From NCBI RefSeq assembly GCF_044704955.1, contig NC_091981.1, positions 264,926,001 to 264,990,000 of the forward strand: a stretch of 64,000 nucleotides of DNA, read 5' to 3'. Position 1 is the first letter of the stretch. Every line of letters starts with the position of its first letter. Below are positions 48,347 through 60,475 of the stretch, one piece after another. The position numbers were made by a program, and so were the translations under genes. This stretch comes from Pristiophorus japonicus (Eukaryota). The notes below the pieces were generated by a model. It did no database searches and had not been told where the DNA came from. It saw only the letters and a list, made by a program, of their open reading frames with translations.

Positions 48347-49881
48347 ATTGCTTTTTTTTGTAATTCTATAAAAGCCACTTTTGTAAAACTCCCAAGAAGA
48401 TACTCTGCAATTTTTGTGATGCTGAGTTTAATCAGTTTTGAGTAACTGATGGCATGATTGTTGAATGTGGTTTGTGGCCTTTATTCCCGATACTGCCATG
48501 GAATGTGACGGTTAGTTTGGTGTCTTGGAATGTCATGATTTGTAACCTGACGGAGATGTAATACAATCCATTGGGGTAGGTAACAGTGAGATTTTTTTTA
48601 AATTGAAGAACTTTGTTGATTGGTGTTGTAGTAGAATCATTGATTATATGTTTTTGGTAGGATTAAGATTTTGTTTTAAATAACCCGTGTAGTATATCTT
48701 CCCTGGTGTAGCTTCTCTTTGGAATTTGGTCAAGCTGAGGAGCACGGTTTCCATCCACCTACAAACTGACACTATTTCTCACAGAAAGCAAGTGTGTCAA
48801 TTCTGCTCATCACTCTCCTCATCATTGCGATTTCTTATGTGTAAAAGCAAGTTACAATTTGCTGTTTTGTGTGAATTGGGACAGATCACTGGGAAACAAT
48901 TAGTTTGGAAACAGAAGTTTCTATTGTGACCTGATCATTATGTCATGGGTTCCTGATGTCCAAACTGGATCTCGGTGTTTTTACAATAAACACGAGCTGC
49001 ACTCCTAACATTCTGTGTCAAATCCAGAAACAAAATGTGGATGGAATGGCAGTAACAAAACTTTGCACACTTTCTCTAGCACCCTCAGTTATTTAGAAAT
49101 AAATTACTGGAGTTCTGTCTAGGTCGTCTCATCACTTGGAACTCTTGTCTGCATATCAGCAACATTCAAAAACAGAAATAAGCAACATATACTGAGGCAG
49201 CATTTGCTGGAGAATGCAGTATACTTAGAAAAGCCTTAACTTGACTATTAGTACATTAAAACTATTTTTTCAAATCTTTCTGTGCTCCCAAGAACCAAGA
49301 TCAATGCCATGTGACTTTTATTCTTTGCCTCCAGCTGCACACTGTTATGCCAGATCCTGTACAAAAGACATGTCAATTGACAAGCCAGTCTGCTCTCAAG
49401 TGACTAAGGAAAATGTCTCAAAGTAGAAGCCAGCAGCACTACAACTGATTGCAGATTTGTTCTGTATTGTGACCCATTCAATTACTCAAAAATAAACTGT
49501 CCTAACAGCCCTGTGCTGAAGTTGCAAAGCACAAGAGCCAATAGAAACTAAGTTTCTGGAAAAAAAACACAAGTTCCCTGATGGGTGAAAATGGAGCCCA
49601 AAGATTTCGAGCAGTTGGGTAAATCGAAGTTCATTGCATTCTTTGAAGATGATCTGTTTTTGTTCCTCTGTTTCTCGAATGGTGCATAAACGCTGAATGG
49701 CCTGTTCCGATGCAAGATTTACAAGAATGGTTCCAGAGAGAGGGACTTCAGTTGTGTAGATAGACTGGAGAAGCTGGGGTTGTTAGAAACATAGAAACAT
49801 AGAAAATAGGTGCAGGAGCAGGCCATTCAGCCCTTCTAGCCTGCACCGCCATTCAATGAGTTCATGGCTGAACATGAAACT

Positions 49882-52680
49882 TCAGTACCCCCTTCCTGCT
49901 TTCTCGCCATAACCCTTGATCCCCCGAGTAGTAAGGACTTCATCTAACTCCCTTTTGAATATATTTAGTGAATTGGCCTCAACTACTTTCTGTGGTAGAG
50001 AATTCCACAGGTTCACCACTCTCTGGGTGAAGAAGTTTCTCCTCATCTCGGTCCTAAATGGCTTACCCCTTATCCTCAGACTGTGACCCCTGGTTCTGGA
50101 CTTCCCCAACATTGGGAACATTCTTTCTGCATCTAACCTGTCTAAACCCGTCAGAATTTTAAACGTTTCTATGAGGTCCCCTCTCATTCTTCTGAACTCC
50201 AGTGAATACAAGCCCAATTGATCCAATCTTTCTTGATAGGTCAGTCCCGCCATCCCGGGAATCAGTCTGGTGAACCTTCGCTGCACTCCCTCAATAGCAA
50301 GAATGTCCTTCCTCAAGTTAGGAGACCAAAACTGTACACAATACTCCAGGTGTGGCCTCACCAAGGCCCTGTACAACTGTAGCAACACCTCCCTGCCCCT
50401 GTATTCAAATCCCCTCGCTATGAAGGCCAACATGCCATTTGCTTTCTTAACCGCCTGCTGTACCTGCATGCCAACCTTCAATGACTGATGTACCATGACA
50501 CCCAGGTCTCGTTGCACCTTCCCTTTTCCTAATCTGTCACCATTCAGATAATAGTCTGTCTCTCTGTTTTTACCACCAAAGTGGATAACCTCACATTTAT
50601 CCACATTATACTTCATCTGCCATGCATTTGCCCACTCACCTAACCTATCCAAGTCACTCTGCAGCCTAATAGCATCCTCCTCGCAGCTCACACTGCCACC
50701 CAACTTAGTATCATCCGCAAATTTGGAGATACTGCATTTAATCCCCTCGTCTAAATCATTAATGTACAATGTAAACAGCTGGGGCCCCAGCACAGAACCT
50801 TGCGGCACTCCACTAGTCACTGCCTGCCATTCTGAAAAGTACCCGTTTACTCCTACTCTTTGCTTCCTGTCTGACAACCAGTTCTCAATCCACGTCAGCA
50901 CACTACCCCCAATCCCATGTGCTTTAACTTTGCACATTAATCTCTTGTGTGGGACCTTGTCGAAAGCCTTCTGAAAGTCCAAATATACCACATCAACTGG
51001 TTCTCCTTTGTCCACTTTACTGGAAACATCCTCAAAAAATTCCAGAAGATTTGTCAAGCATGATTTCCCTTTCACAAATCCATGCTGACTTGGACCTATC
51101 ATGTCACCATTTTCCAGATGCACTGCTATGACATCCTTAATAATTGATTCCATCATTTTACCCACTACTGAGGTCAGGCTGACCGGTCTATAATTCCCTG
51201 TTTTCTCTCTCCCTCCTTTTTTAAAAAGTGGGGTTACATTGGCTACCCTCCACTCCATAGGAACTGATCCAGAGTCAATGGAATGTTGGAAAATGACTGT
51301 CAATGCATCCGCTATTTCCAAGGCCACCTCCTTAAGTACTCTAGGATGCAGTCCATCAGGCCCTGGGGATTTATCGGCCTTCAATCCCATCAATTTCCCC
51401 AACACAATTTCCCGACTAATAAAGATTTCCCTCAGTTCCTCTTCCTTACTAGACCCTCTGACCCCTTTTATATCCGGAAGGTTGTTTGTATCCTCCTTAG
51501 TGAATACCGAACCAAAGTACTTGTTCAATTGATCCGCCATTTCTTTGTTCCCCGTTATGACTTCCCCTGATTCTGACTGCAGAGGACCTACGTTTGTCTT
51601 CACCAACCTTTTTCTCTTTACATACCTATAGAAACTTTTGCAATCCGCCTTAATGTTCCCTGCAAGCTTCTTCTCGTACTCCATTTTCCCTGTCCTAATC
51701 AAACCCTTTGTCCTCCTCTGCTGAGTTCTAAATTTCTCCCAGTCCCCAGGTTCGCTGCTATTTCTGGCCAATTTGTATGCCACTTCCTTGGCTTTAATAC
51801 TATCCCTGATTTCCCTAGATAGCCACGGTTGAGCCACCTTCCCCTTTTTATTTTTACGCCAGACAGGAATGTACAATTGTTGTACTTCATCCATGCGGTC
51901 TCTAAATGTCTGCCATTGCCCATCCACAGTCAACCCCCTAAGTATCATTCGCCAATCTATCCTAGCCAATTCACGCCTCATACCTTCAAAGTTACCCTTC
52001 TTTAAGTTCTGGACCATGGTCTCTGAAATTACTGTTTCATTCTCCATCCTAATGCAGAATTCCACCATATTATGGTCACTCTTCCCCAAGGGGCCTCGCA
52101 CAATGAGATTGCTAATTAATCCTCTCTCATTACACAACACCCAGTCTAAGATGGCCTCCCCCCTAGTTGGTTCCTCAACATATTGGTCTAGAAAACCATC
52201 CCTTATGCACTCCAGGAAATCCTCCTCCACCGTATTGCTTCCAGTTTGGCTAGCCCAATCTATGTGCATATTAAAGTCACCCATTATAACTGCTACACCT
52301 TTATTGCATGCACCCCTAATTTCCTGTTTGATGCCCTCCCCAACATCCCTATTACTGTTTGGAGGTCTGTACACAACTCCTACTAACGTTTTTTGCCCTT
52401 TGGTGTTCTGCAGCTCTACCCATATAGATTCCACATCATCCAAGCTAATGTCTTTCCTAACTATTGCATTAATCTCCTCTTTAACCAGCAATGCTACCCC
52501 ACCTCCTTTTCCTTTTATTCTATCCTTCCTGAATGTTGAATACCCCTGAATGTTGAGTTCCCAGCCCTGATCATCCTGGAGCCACGTCTCCGTAATCCCA
52601 ATCACATCATATTTGTTAACATCTATTTGCACAATTAATTCATCCACCTTATTGCGGATACTCCTTGCATTAAGACACAA
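49882..52680 (-). CDS. CR1 ORF2: APE endonuclease plus reverse transcriptase, 932 codons without a stop (true start lies further 5')
   Basis: LNARS, ITETW, YRPP, MGDFN, LDWV, SDH; [43 protein letters not shown]. Confidence 0.95.
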   Translation of the reverse strand: MCLNARSIRNKVDELIVQIDVNKYDVIGITETWLQDDQGWELNIQGYSTFRKDRIKGKGGGVALLVKEEINAIVRKDISLDDVESIWVELQNTKGQKTLVGVVYRPPNSNRDVGEGIKQEIRGACNKGVAVIMGDFNMHIDWASQTGSNTVEEDFLECIRDGFLDQYVEEPTRGEAILDWVLCNERGLISNLIVRGPLGKSDHNMVEFCIRMENETVISETMVQNLKKGNFEGMRRELARIDWRMILRGLTVDGQWQTFRDRMDEVQQLYIPVWRKNKKGKVAQPWLSREIRDSIKAKEVAYKLARNSSEPGDWEKFRTQQRRTKGLIRTGKMEYEKKLAGNIKADCKSFYRYVKRKRLVKTNVGPLQSESGEVITGNKEMADQLNKYFGSVFTKEDTNNLPDIKGVRGSSKEEELREIFISREIVLGKLMGLKADKSPGPDGLHPRVLKEVALEIADALTVIFQHSIDSGSVPMEWRVANVTPLFKKGGREKTGNYRPVSLTSVVGKMMESIIKDVIAVHLENGDMIGPSQHGFVKGKSCLTNLLEFFEDVSSKVDKGEPVDVVYLDFQKAFDKVPHKRLMCKVKAHGIGGSVLTWIENWLSDRKQRVGVNGYFSEWQAVTSGVPQGSVLGPQLFTLYINDLDEGIKCSISKFADDTKLGGSVSCEEDAIRLQSDLDRLGEWANAWQMKYNVDKCEVIHFGGKNRETDYYLNGDRLGKGKVQRDLGVMVHQSLKVGMQVQQAVKKANGMLAFIARGFEYRGREVLLQLYRALVRPHLEYCVQFWSPNLRKDILAIEGVQRRFTRLIPGMAGLTYQERLDQLGLYSLEFRRMRGDLIETFKILTGLDRLDAERMFPMLGKSRTRGHSLRIRGKPFRTEMRRNFFTQRVVNLWNSLPQKVVEANSLNIFKRELDEVLTTRGIKGYGEKAGRGY

Positions 52681-52864
52681 AGCCTTCAGGCTTGTTTTAT
52701 TAACACCTTTGTCCTTTTAGAATTTTGCTGTACAGTGGCCCTTTTTGTTCTTTGCCTTGGGTTTCTCTGCCCTCCACTTTTCCTCATCTCCTTTCTGTCT
52801 TTTGCTTTTGGCTCCTTTTTGTTTCCCTCTGTCTCCCTGCATTGGTTCCCATCCCCCTGCCATA

Positions 52865-53416
52865 TTAGTTTAAATCCTCCCCAACAGCACTAGCAAACAC
52901 TCCCCCTAGGACATTGGTTCCAGTCCTGCCCAGGTGCAGACCGTCCGGTTTGTACTGGTCCCACCTCCCCCAGAACCGGTCCCAATGCCCCAGGAATTTG
53001 AATCCCTCCCTGCTGCACCACTGCTCAAGCCACGTATTCATCTGCGCTATCCTGCGATTCCTACTCTGACTATCACGTGGCACTGGTAGCAATCCCGAGA
53101 TTACTACTTTTGAGGTCCTACTTTTTAATTTAGCTCCTAGCTCCTTAAATTCGTTTCGTAGGACCTCATCCCTTTTTTTGCCTATGTCGTTGGTACCAAT
53201 GTGCACCACGACAACTGGCTGTTCTCCCTCCCATTTCAGAATGTCCTGCACCCGCTCCGAGACATCCTTGACCCTTGCACCAGGGAGGCAACATACCATC
53301 CTGGAGTCTCGGTTGCGGCCGCAGAAACGCCTATCTATTCCCCTCACAATTGAATCCCCTATCACTATCGCTCTCCCACTCTTTTTCTTGCCCTCCTGTG
53401 CAGCAGAGCCAGCCAC
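52865..53416 (-). CDS. CR1 ORF1 SGNH-esterase domain (N-terminal zinc finger lost by truncation)
   Basis: IGDS, CLPGA, HIGTND, DGLH blocks intact. Confidence 0.9.
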   Translation of the reverse strand: MAGSAAQEGKKKSGRAIVIGDSIVRGIDRRFCGRNRDSRMVCCLPGARVKDVSERVQDILKWEGEQPVVVVHIGTNDIGKKRDEVLRNEFKELGAKLKSRTSKVVISGLLPVPRDSQSRNRRIAQMNTWLEQWCSREGFKFLGHWDRFWGRWDQYKPDGLHLGRTGTNVLGGVFASAVGEDLN

Positions 53417-54244
53417 GGTGCCATGAACTTGGCTGCTGCTGCCCTCCCTGATGAGTCATTCCCCTCCTTAGAGCAGGGAAGGTTGAGAAGAGATTTAATA
53501 AAGGTGTCCAAAATCATGATGGTCTGGACAGAGTAGATAGAGAGAAACTGTTCCCATTGGAAGAAGGGTCACGAACCAGAGGACACAGATTTAAGATGAT
53601 TGGCAGAAGAACCAAAGGCGACATGAGGGAAAACATTTTTACGCAGCCACTGGTTAGGATCTGGAATGCACTGCCTGAGAGTGTGGTGGAGGCAGATTGA
53701 ATCATGGCTTTCAAAAAGGAATTGAATAAGTACCTGACGGGAAAAAAGAATTGCAGGGCTATTTAAGAAAGGGCGGGGGTGTGGGACTGGCTGAAGTGCT
53801 GTTGGCAGAGAGCTGGCACGGGCCCGACGGGCCGAATGGCCTCCTTCTGCACTGTAGCCATTCTATGATTCTAAGTAACAAAAGTAATCTTAGTAAGATG
53901 CAGTTCATTTGGGTTAGGAAAGTAGCAAATTTCCAAATAAAATAGGATATGACTGCACATTTGATCCATTTTTCTTATTTGCCACGATAGTTGCAACATT
54001 TAAAATAATTCATGATTTATTAGATGGTACATAAGAACATGGTGTGCTCTATATTCTATAATTACCCCTCTTGACAGTTTTCTTCCTCTTTTATGGAAGC
54101 ATGGATTTATTTCTTTGCACAAGTGGCATTATTTCAGCCTTGGCAGGAAATTCAACCGTGGAGATGGCATCATAGTTGAGTCCCATCCTACTCTTGCTCA
54201 GTGTCACACATGCACTTCCAACAGGAGGAGATATACAGAGGAAA

Positions 54245-54770
54245 AGTGGGCAGAGGAAACGTTACAAGGACACCCTCAAAGCCTCCCTGAGAAAATGCAA
54301 CATCCCTACCGACACCTGGCTGTCCCTGGCCAAAGACTGCCCTAAGTGGAGGAAGTGCATTTGGAAGGGCGGTGAGCACCTCGAATCTCATCGCCGAGAG
54401 CATGCAGAAACCAAGCGTGCGGCAAACCAGTCCCACCCACCCCTTCCCTCAACCACTGTCTGTCCCACCTGCGACAGAGACTGTGGTTCTCATTGGACTG
54501 TTTAGCCACCTAAGAACTCATTTTAAAAGTGGAAGCAAGTCTTCCTCGATTCCGAGGGACTGCCTGTGATGATGATGACGAGTTACAACCCGAAAATGAC
54601 CCGTTTATTCCGACTCTGTTTTCTGTCCATTAACCAATCCTCAATCCATGCTAGTATATTACCCCCAATCCCATGAGTGGTTCTTGTATTGGACTGTTCA
54701 GTCATTTAAGAACTCATTTTTAGAGTGGAAGCAAGTCTTATCCAAGGGACTGCCGATGATGATGATGATA
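54245..54770 (+). mobile_element. Two RTE 3' fragments separated by a short CR1 piece
   Basis: GQRKRYKDTLKASL...CPTCDRDCGS; tails at ~54565 and ~54755. Confidence 0.82.
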
Positions 54771-54784
54771 GAATGGTGAACTGG

Positions 54785-55236
54785 GCAGACACATAAGATA
54801 ACATTTAATGCATAGATTTACCAGAATGTTACCATGTTGGGAGACTAGAAAAACTAGGGTTGTTCCCTTGAGAGCAGAGGAGGATAAGGGGAGATTTAAT
54901 AATTTTGATAGTGTAAATAAGGAGAAACTGTTTCCAGTGGCAGGAGGGTCAGGAACCAGAGGACACAGAATTAAGGTAATTGGCAAAAGAACCAGAGCGA
55001 CATGAGGGGGAAAAAAAATACGCAGCGAGTTATTGTTATTATCTGGAAAGGTAATGGAAGCAGATTGAATAACTTTTCAAAATGGAAATGGCTAAATTCT
55101 TGAAGGGAAAAAATTTGCAGGGCTTTGGGCAAAGCGCAGGGGAGTGGGACTATTTGTATTGCTCTTTCAAAAAGCAGTCATCGACATGATTGGATGAATG
55201 GCCTCCTTCTGTGCTGAATCATTCCATGATTCTATG
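54785..55236 (+). mobile_element. Old CR1 3' fragment
   Basis: EKLFPVAGGSGTRGHRIKVIGKR; 3' UTR GAATGGCCTCCTTCTGTGCTG. Confidence 0.75.
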
Positions 55237-56308
55237 AAGATGGGTCTTTGCATAATGTTCTGGAACAGCAATCCTGACCGATTTTCTGCTTTCTAACCTG
55301 GGGAGCTGATGCCAGTTGTAGTGGTCCCACCACAATCCTGGATAAGATTACAAACTCAAAAAAGATTGATAATTAAATCTTGGATCTTTGGGTTTATGTG
55401 GCTCAACTGCTCGTTGGTTAAGCTTACCTAGCAATTGGGGAGCTATGGAATAAAACATTTGATACAAAATTAGTTCAACTGCAGCTTTGAATAACTGAAC
55501 CAGAAATTAGTTAGAGATGTTCCAAGCTACTTCACAGAAGGTTGTTCTTTGTAGTTAATCTTTATGCCTTCAGTTTAACTGAAAGTATCCCATATGGGGA
55601 TGATTAGCAGTGCTGTTTCATGACCAACATGGGCAAAATACTCCCATCTCGTCTCACCAATAGATCAATATAAATGTCTGGTTTTTGTACTCTGCAGGTC
55701 TCCTAGTAAATACTATCATTCCATTTGTGTTAGAAATTGAAGCCATATGACGTTCTAACATTTGCTGTTTATACCCAGAATATATATTCTGTGGTTTTCA
55801 TCTGAGTTGGTCTGAAAACTAGAGGGTGATCAGGGACTGGAATCTTTGGTGCTTTGTTACAAAATATTTGATCATTGCTATGAATCACTGACTCTGGCTA
55901 GGATTTGAGAGTCTTGGGCTTTGACATTTGGGTCTTTCATTGCTGGTGGCGATCCCAGAGTAAACTTGCTGGATTTGCTGAGGCAGGCTGGCTGCTGGGA
56001 CAATCCAATTTTTAAAAAAAAGACCCATGTTTCGGGGTTGAGGGCGGTAGCAGGCTCCTGAACCTAATATAAAAGCAGCTTTAGAGCAAAGCTACAGTTA
56101 GCTGTGTGGTAATGTTAGTCAATCAATAACTCTTTAACTGTAACTGCACTGTCTAAATTTCTAGAGAGCATGTTATTTGCTTCTCTGCAGACAGCTGCCT
56201 GAATGACTGCTGCATGTGGTTCTCTTATTACAGGATGTCCAGAACATATTATACAGACAGCTGTCTTGAATATAATACATCAGCTTTGAACAGTGTGTCG
56301 GAAATAAT

Positions 56309-57012
56309 GGCCTGGAACTTTCAGTTGACATAATGGTGAGGCTCAGTGTCATTAAGGAGTAAATCGGACAGCAACTTTGAGCATCTGCACATGCAATCAC
56401 AAAAATCTGGAAGTTGCTGTCCTAGATACCCTGCTCCTCCAGAAGCAGCACAACACCAGCACCTCGCCGAGAGACTCAGCATTCAAATACATGCAGTGAC
56501 GTAAAGTTGGTGTACTTGCGTGATAGAGACCCACTAAGCATGCAAGAAAAAGTTAGGGCTTTTCCATTCTAGTGTAAGAAAATTTGTAACGGCGTGATAA
56601 GTCTTAATTACTGCCAAACAACCTCTAAAAATCTGAAGGAATGAGACTCTAAATTTGAATATTGTTGGAGTTTTAAAAAAAAAAAATGTCTTTGTCTCTT
56701 TTCTCTCTCAATCCCATCTTTCTTTCCCTCTTTTTTACTTTCTGTACATGATTTGGCATTGAACTATTCTAACTTCCTGATTTAGACTCTGTGTCTCAGT
56801 AAGGATTCTTCAATCAGATTGGTTAAGGAGACACACTGTTGCTTGTCCTGTTCACACAAGTCCCAGCTCCCCTGTAGAGGGCGCAGTGCTGTTTTTACTT
56901 TCTAATAACTACAAGTTCCAGTGTAAAAGCCCACAGAGAGTCTGTGGGCAAGTATATAAGTGTCATGAATGGTGAGTGCCGCTTGTTCGCCGGTGACTGG
57001 AAAATCTTGGCC
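56309..57012. mobile_element. Harbinger-like MITE with 3-bp TSD
   Basis: Imperfect TIR GGCCTGGAACTTTCAGT / ACTGGAAAATCTTGGCC; AAT on both sides. Confidence 0.7.
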
Positions 57013-58964
57013 AATAAATGGAAACTTCCAAAGAAAATTAAATGCCCAAATTGTATGCTGAGCTCTTTCACCTGCAGGATTGTTGTGAAATAAAAATTCA
57101 GCAGTTACTTTAATTTTGTGTCCACCCCTGTGTTTTGTGCTCAACGTGAGAGATTTTAGGGCAACCATTTGCTGGAGCAAATGTTTCCACGTTGGGCGAG
57201 GATGGAGAATGCCCCAACCTTGTGCTCATCCCAAACCTCAGAAGAGCACTCCCTCGTGCACCAGTGACATCTTTTTCCATTTCCTACATCAGCCATTCTG
57301 AATGAGACTTTCAATTAATGCTAAATTAGAGTGTTTTTGTGCTTCAAGTAGCTGGGTTGGGGCTATCCAAATTCTTTTTACAGCGGTCTCTTCTAGCCAA
57401 CGGAGAACACTGAGCGATCTGTAATCTCATTTTAAAGATCAGTTTTTATATTTAAAGGATTTTGGATTTATATTCTGATTTACATAAATGTAATCAAATA
57501 ATTTTTGTAAATAATCAAATGTTGTGCTTTTCATACTATTAACATACACTTCAAGCACTGAAGAATGAGCAACTCAGCCCTGTGTTTACTCCCCGTTATC
57601 TCTCTTTGTTCCAGCTATATGGATGCAGCTCATAACAGATTTAATTATAATTTCGTGGAAAAAGAGATTATATAAATTCTTGGAAGATAAAATAAACTGT
57701 CTGGATTATTTTCAGAATGAGAAGGCACTTTCTTGTGATCTTTAGCCTTCGTCACTAGGGTTGGATTAGAGAATTTGTGGCAGCTGTCTGCTAGAGTAGT
57801 ATTAGGCCCGAGCCAAAAACAGCACCTCACGAAACACAACGCTGTTCAGCAGGATTATTTTAGACTCTGGTTCTATGAGCTCACCCAAATAGAAGCTTTT
57901 TTTGGGGGGACATTGTCCAGAAGTACCTGTTTTGGCCCATGGTCAAACTGATACCATTAGCAGCCGCCCTATTGTGTAACAAAGCAACTGATTTTTCCTG
58001 GTGAAGTAAAAGTCCCAAGAAATCACATAACAGAATAATCAAGTTTGTTCGCCTTGCATTGTTGTGAAGCCTCCTGCAATGTGTTTGCACCCTACATTGG
58101 GCTTGCGCAGTCTTGCCAGTACAATTGATGTAAACTGCTCTGCGGTCGGCCCTGGCATTTGCGCTGTTTTAAAGACACAGTGTTGGAAGCGCCATGCAGA
58201 GTAACTGTATAGTATTATTTATCATAGCTGTGTGGTCGAGTCAGAACGGTTTAGATAGATTGTGTTACCTTGGTGATAGAGGGTGTGGGGGATACATAAT
58301 CTTCTGCTCTGGGTGCATTTCCCTTGCTCGTCAGGTGATCTCTGATGTTTACATTAAATGAGAATTTGCACAATCCACTGGCCTGTTCTTTGCTGTAAAT
58401 TCTATGTAATACTAGCACTTTTTTCATTTTAGAATGCAATCCCAAGCCACCATCCACAGGTGATCTGTTCCAAAGCCTCTGGTTATGACCAGATACACAA
58501 GAAATCTCAATGCACTGATCCATTATATCGCTTGATTCTCAACTGTTAATATTCAAACTGTATTGTGCGCCACTAGTAAAAAGTATTAAGTGCACCTACT
58601 GGGAACATTCATGAATCAGTGTTATATGTACTGTACTGCTATATATAATATGAATAGAGGTTAATATTACAACTCGCACTGCTCAAGGATTTCAAACATT
58701 ACATATGGATTAAGTGTACGAGAGTTTTCATTCCATTTTTGTCCCATGCTCTTCCCCAATACATTGACTCTTGCTGGAACACAGTTCCAAGGACACGAGC
58801 AGACCTCATCCACATGACTGTTCTTCACGTGGGAACCTATGAATGAATATATGATTTTTTCGAGCGCGAGGGTAAAGCCTGATCATTGCTCTCATCCAAC
58901 CTCCAGCCACGGACACACTTCCAGCAGGAAGTACTGGATAGAAGCCAGGAACCAAAGCTGACTT

Positions 58965-59290
58965 TCTTTTCTCTCCTTTCTCCTCTCTCTTTCCCACTCT
59001 TGCTCCCTCTCTCTCTCTGGCCGCCTTCTTTCTCGCCCCCCTCGCTCTCGCCCTTCCCCCCCCCGCACCACCGCTCTTGCCGCCCCCTGCTCTCTACCGC
59101 TGCTCCCGCCCTCCCTCTCCTCGCTCGCCTCGCCCCCCCTGTCCTCGCTCGCCTCGCCTCGCCTCGCCTCTCCCCTCTCTTCTCTCTCCTCGCTCGCCTC
59201 GCCCCCCCTCTCTACTCGCTCGCCCCCCCCCCGTGCCTCTCTCCTCGCTCGCTCGCTCTCTCTCCTCGCTCTCTTTCACCTCCCTTCCAC
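58965..59290 (+). repeat. Pyrimidine-rich low-complexity repeat (CTCG/CCTCG/CT)
   Basis: Repeated CTCGCTCGCCTCGCCCCCCC units. Confidence 0.9.
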
Positions 59291-60079
59291 CAACCCTTGA
59301 GGCTGAGTGTAGTATCCCAAACTCCTGAAATTACTGACTTTGGACACATATTTTCAAAGTATTTTTATTTAAAGGTACAAAAAATGAAGCTGAAACATGG
59401 CTTGAATCTGTGTTTGGATAGAGCAACAGGATTTAGAAACGAATTCTATGCACTTGCTGAAGTTCCTGATCCCATGGCCCTGATATTTGCTGGGGTGCAT
59501 GGGTGCGGCAGATGGGGAGGAGGTTGTAGCTGCTTTGAATTTAACTGCAGGATCTCATGGTCTCCAGCAACCGGGAAAGATCGGAGGTTGGAGGTGGGCT
59601 TCAGATCGGGAGGGAGGGGGGACCGGGAGAGATCGTGGGGCAGTCGGCTCAGGATCGCAGGTTTGGAGGGATGGGGGCCGGGGGGGAGATGGCCGATCAC
59701 GGCAGAAGATTTGCTTGAGAGGCCAGGGGGTGCTCTCCTGGGTCACAAGCAGTGCTATTAAAAACACTTAGCTGCTTGACCTGGCTGTTCCCATGTCAAT
59801 TTAGCTGCCAGGTTTCCCGTGCCCTGGGAAATACGTTAAATCAGGTTCCCAACTGCACTGCAGAAGACATATTTAAATATTATAATAAGGTGTCATGCCT
59901 CTCAAGCGGTACACAGACACACCATGGAATCTACCGCTGTAACTATGGCGGCAGACATATACGCGGTGGGTTGGAGTCGCATTATGCAATTTCAATTATT
60001 ACCACCCCTTGCTCGATCTTCTTCGTGGGGCAGGGGGGTGGGGTTTAAAATTCTCTTACTTTTTCCATAGTGCTTAAAA

Positions 60080-60475
60080 AAAAAAGACTTTATATAGCGC
60101 CTTGCATGACATCAGGATGTCCCAAAGCGCTATACAGCCAATGAAGTACTTTTGAAGCAGTGTTGTAATTTCAGAAATGTGGCAGCTAATTTGTGCACAG
60201 AAGCTCCTACAAACAGAAATGTTACAATGACCAGAAAATCTGCAATTTGATTTTTTATTGATGTTGGTTGAGGGATAAATATTGACCAGGATGCTTGGGC
60301 AAAACCCCACTGTCCCCGCTATTTTTCGAATAGTGCCACGGGATCTTTCTTGTCCACCTGAGAGAGCAGACGGGCCTCGGTTTAATGTTATCCGAAAGGT
60401 GGCACCTCTGACAGTGCAGCACTCCCTCAGCACTGCACCGACTTTCTGCCTAGATTTTTGTGCTCAAGTCTCAAG
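60080..60475 (-). mobile_element. Deu-domain SINE
   Basis: Reverse complement of 15690-16055. Confidence 0.8.

Larger units (their letters stand above)
49784..53466 (-). mobile_element. Young CR1 subfamily A, antisense in ESYT2 intron 1, 5'-truncated within ORF1, inserted in an older CR1 (49710-49783 and 53467-53870)
   Basis: Uninterrupted ORFs; perfect TTTCTATG tail; host CR1 collinear on both sides. Confidence 0.95.

Noticed and set aside
51869-52549. Recurrent antisense ORFs over CR1 copies (also 3543-4049, 38793-39395 and others)
   Set aside because: Shadow frames of CR1 ORF2; they recur only because the element is repeated, and their lengths vary between copies.
58886-59761. 291-aa ORF
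   Set aside because: Low-complexity CTCG/CT repeat plus a probable decayed GC-rich repeat; no recognisable domain.
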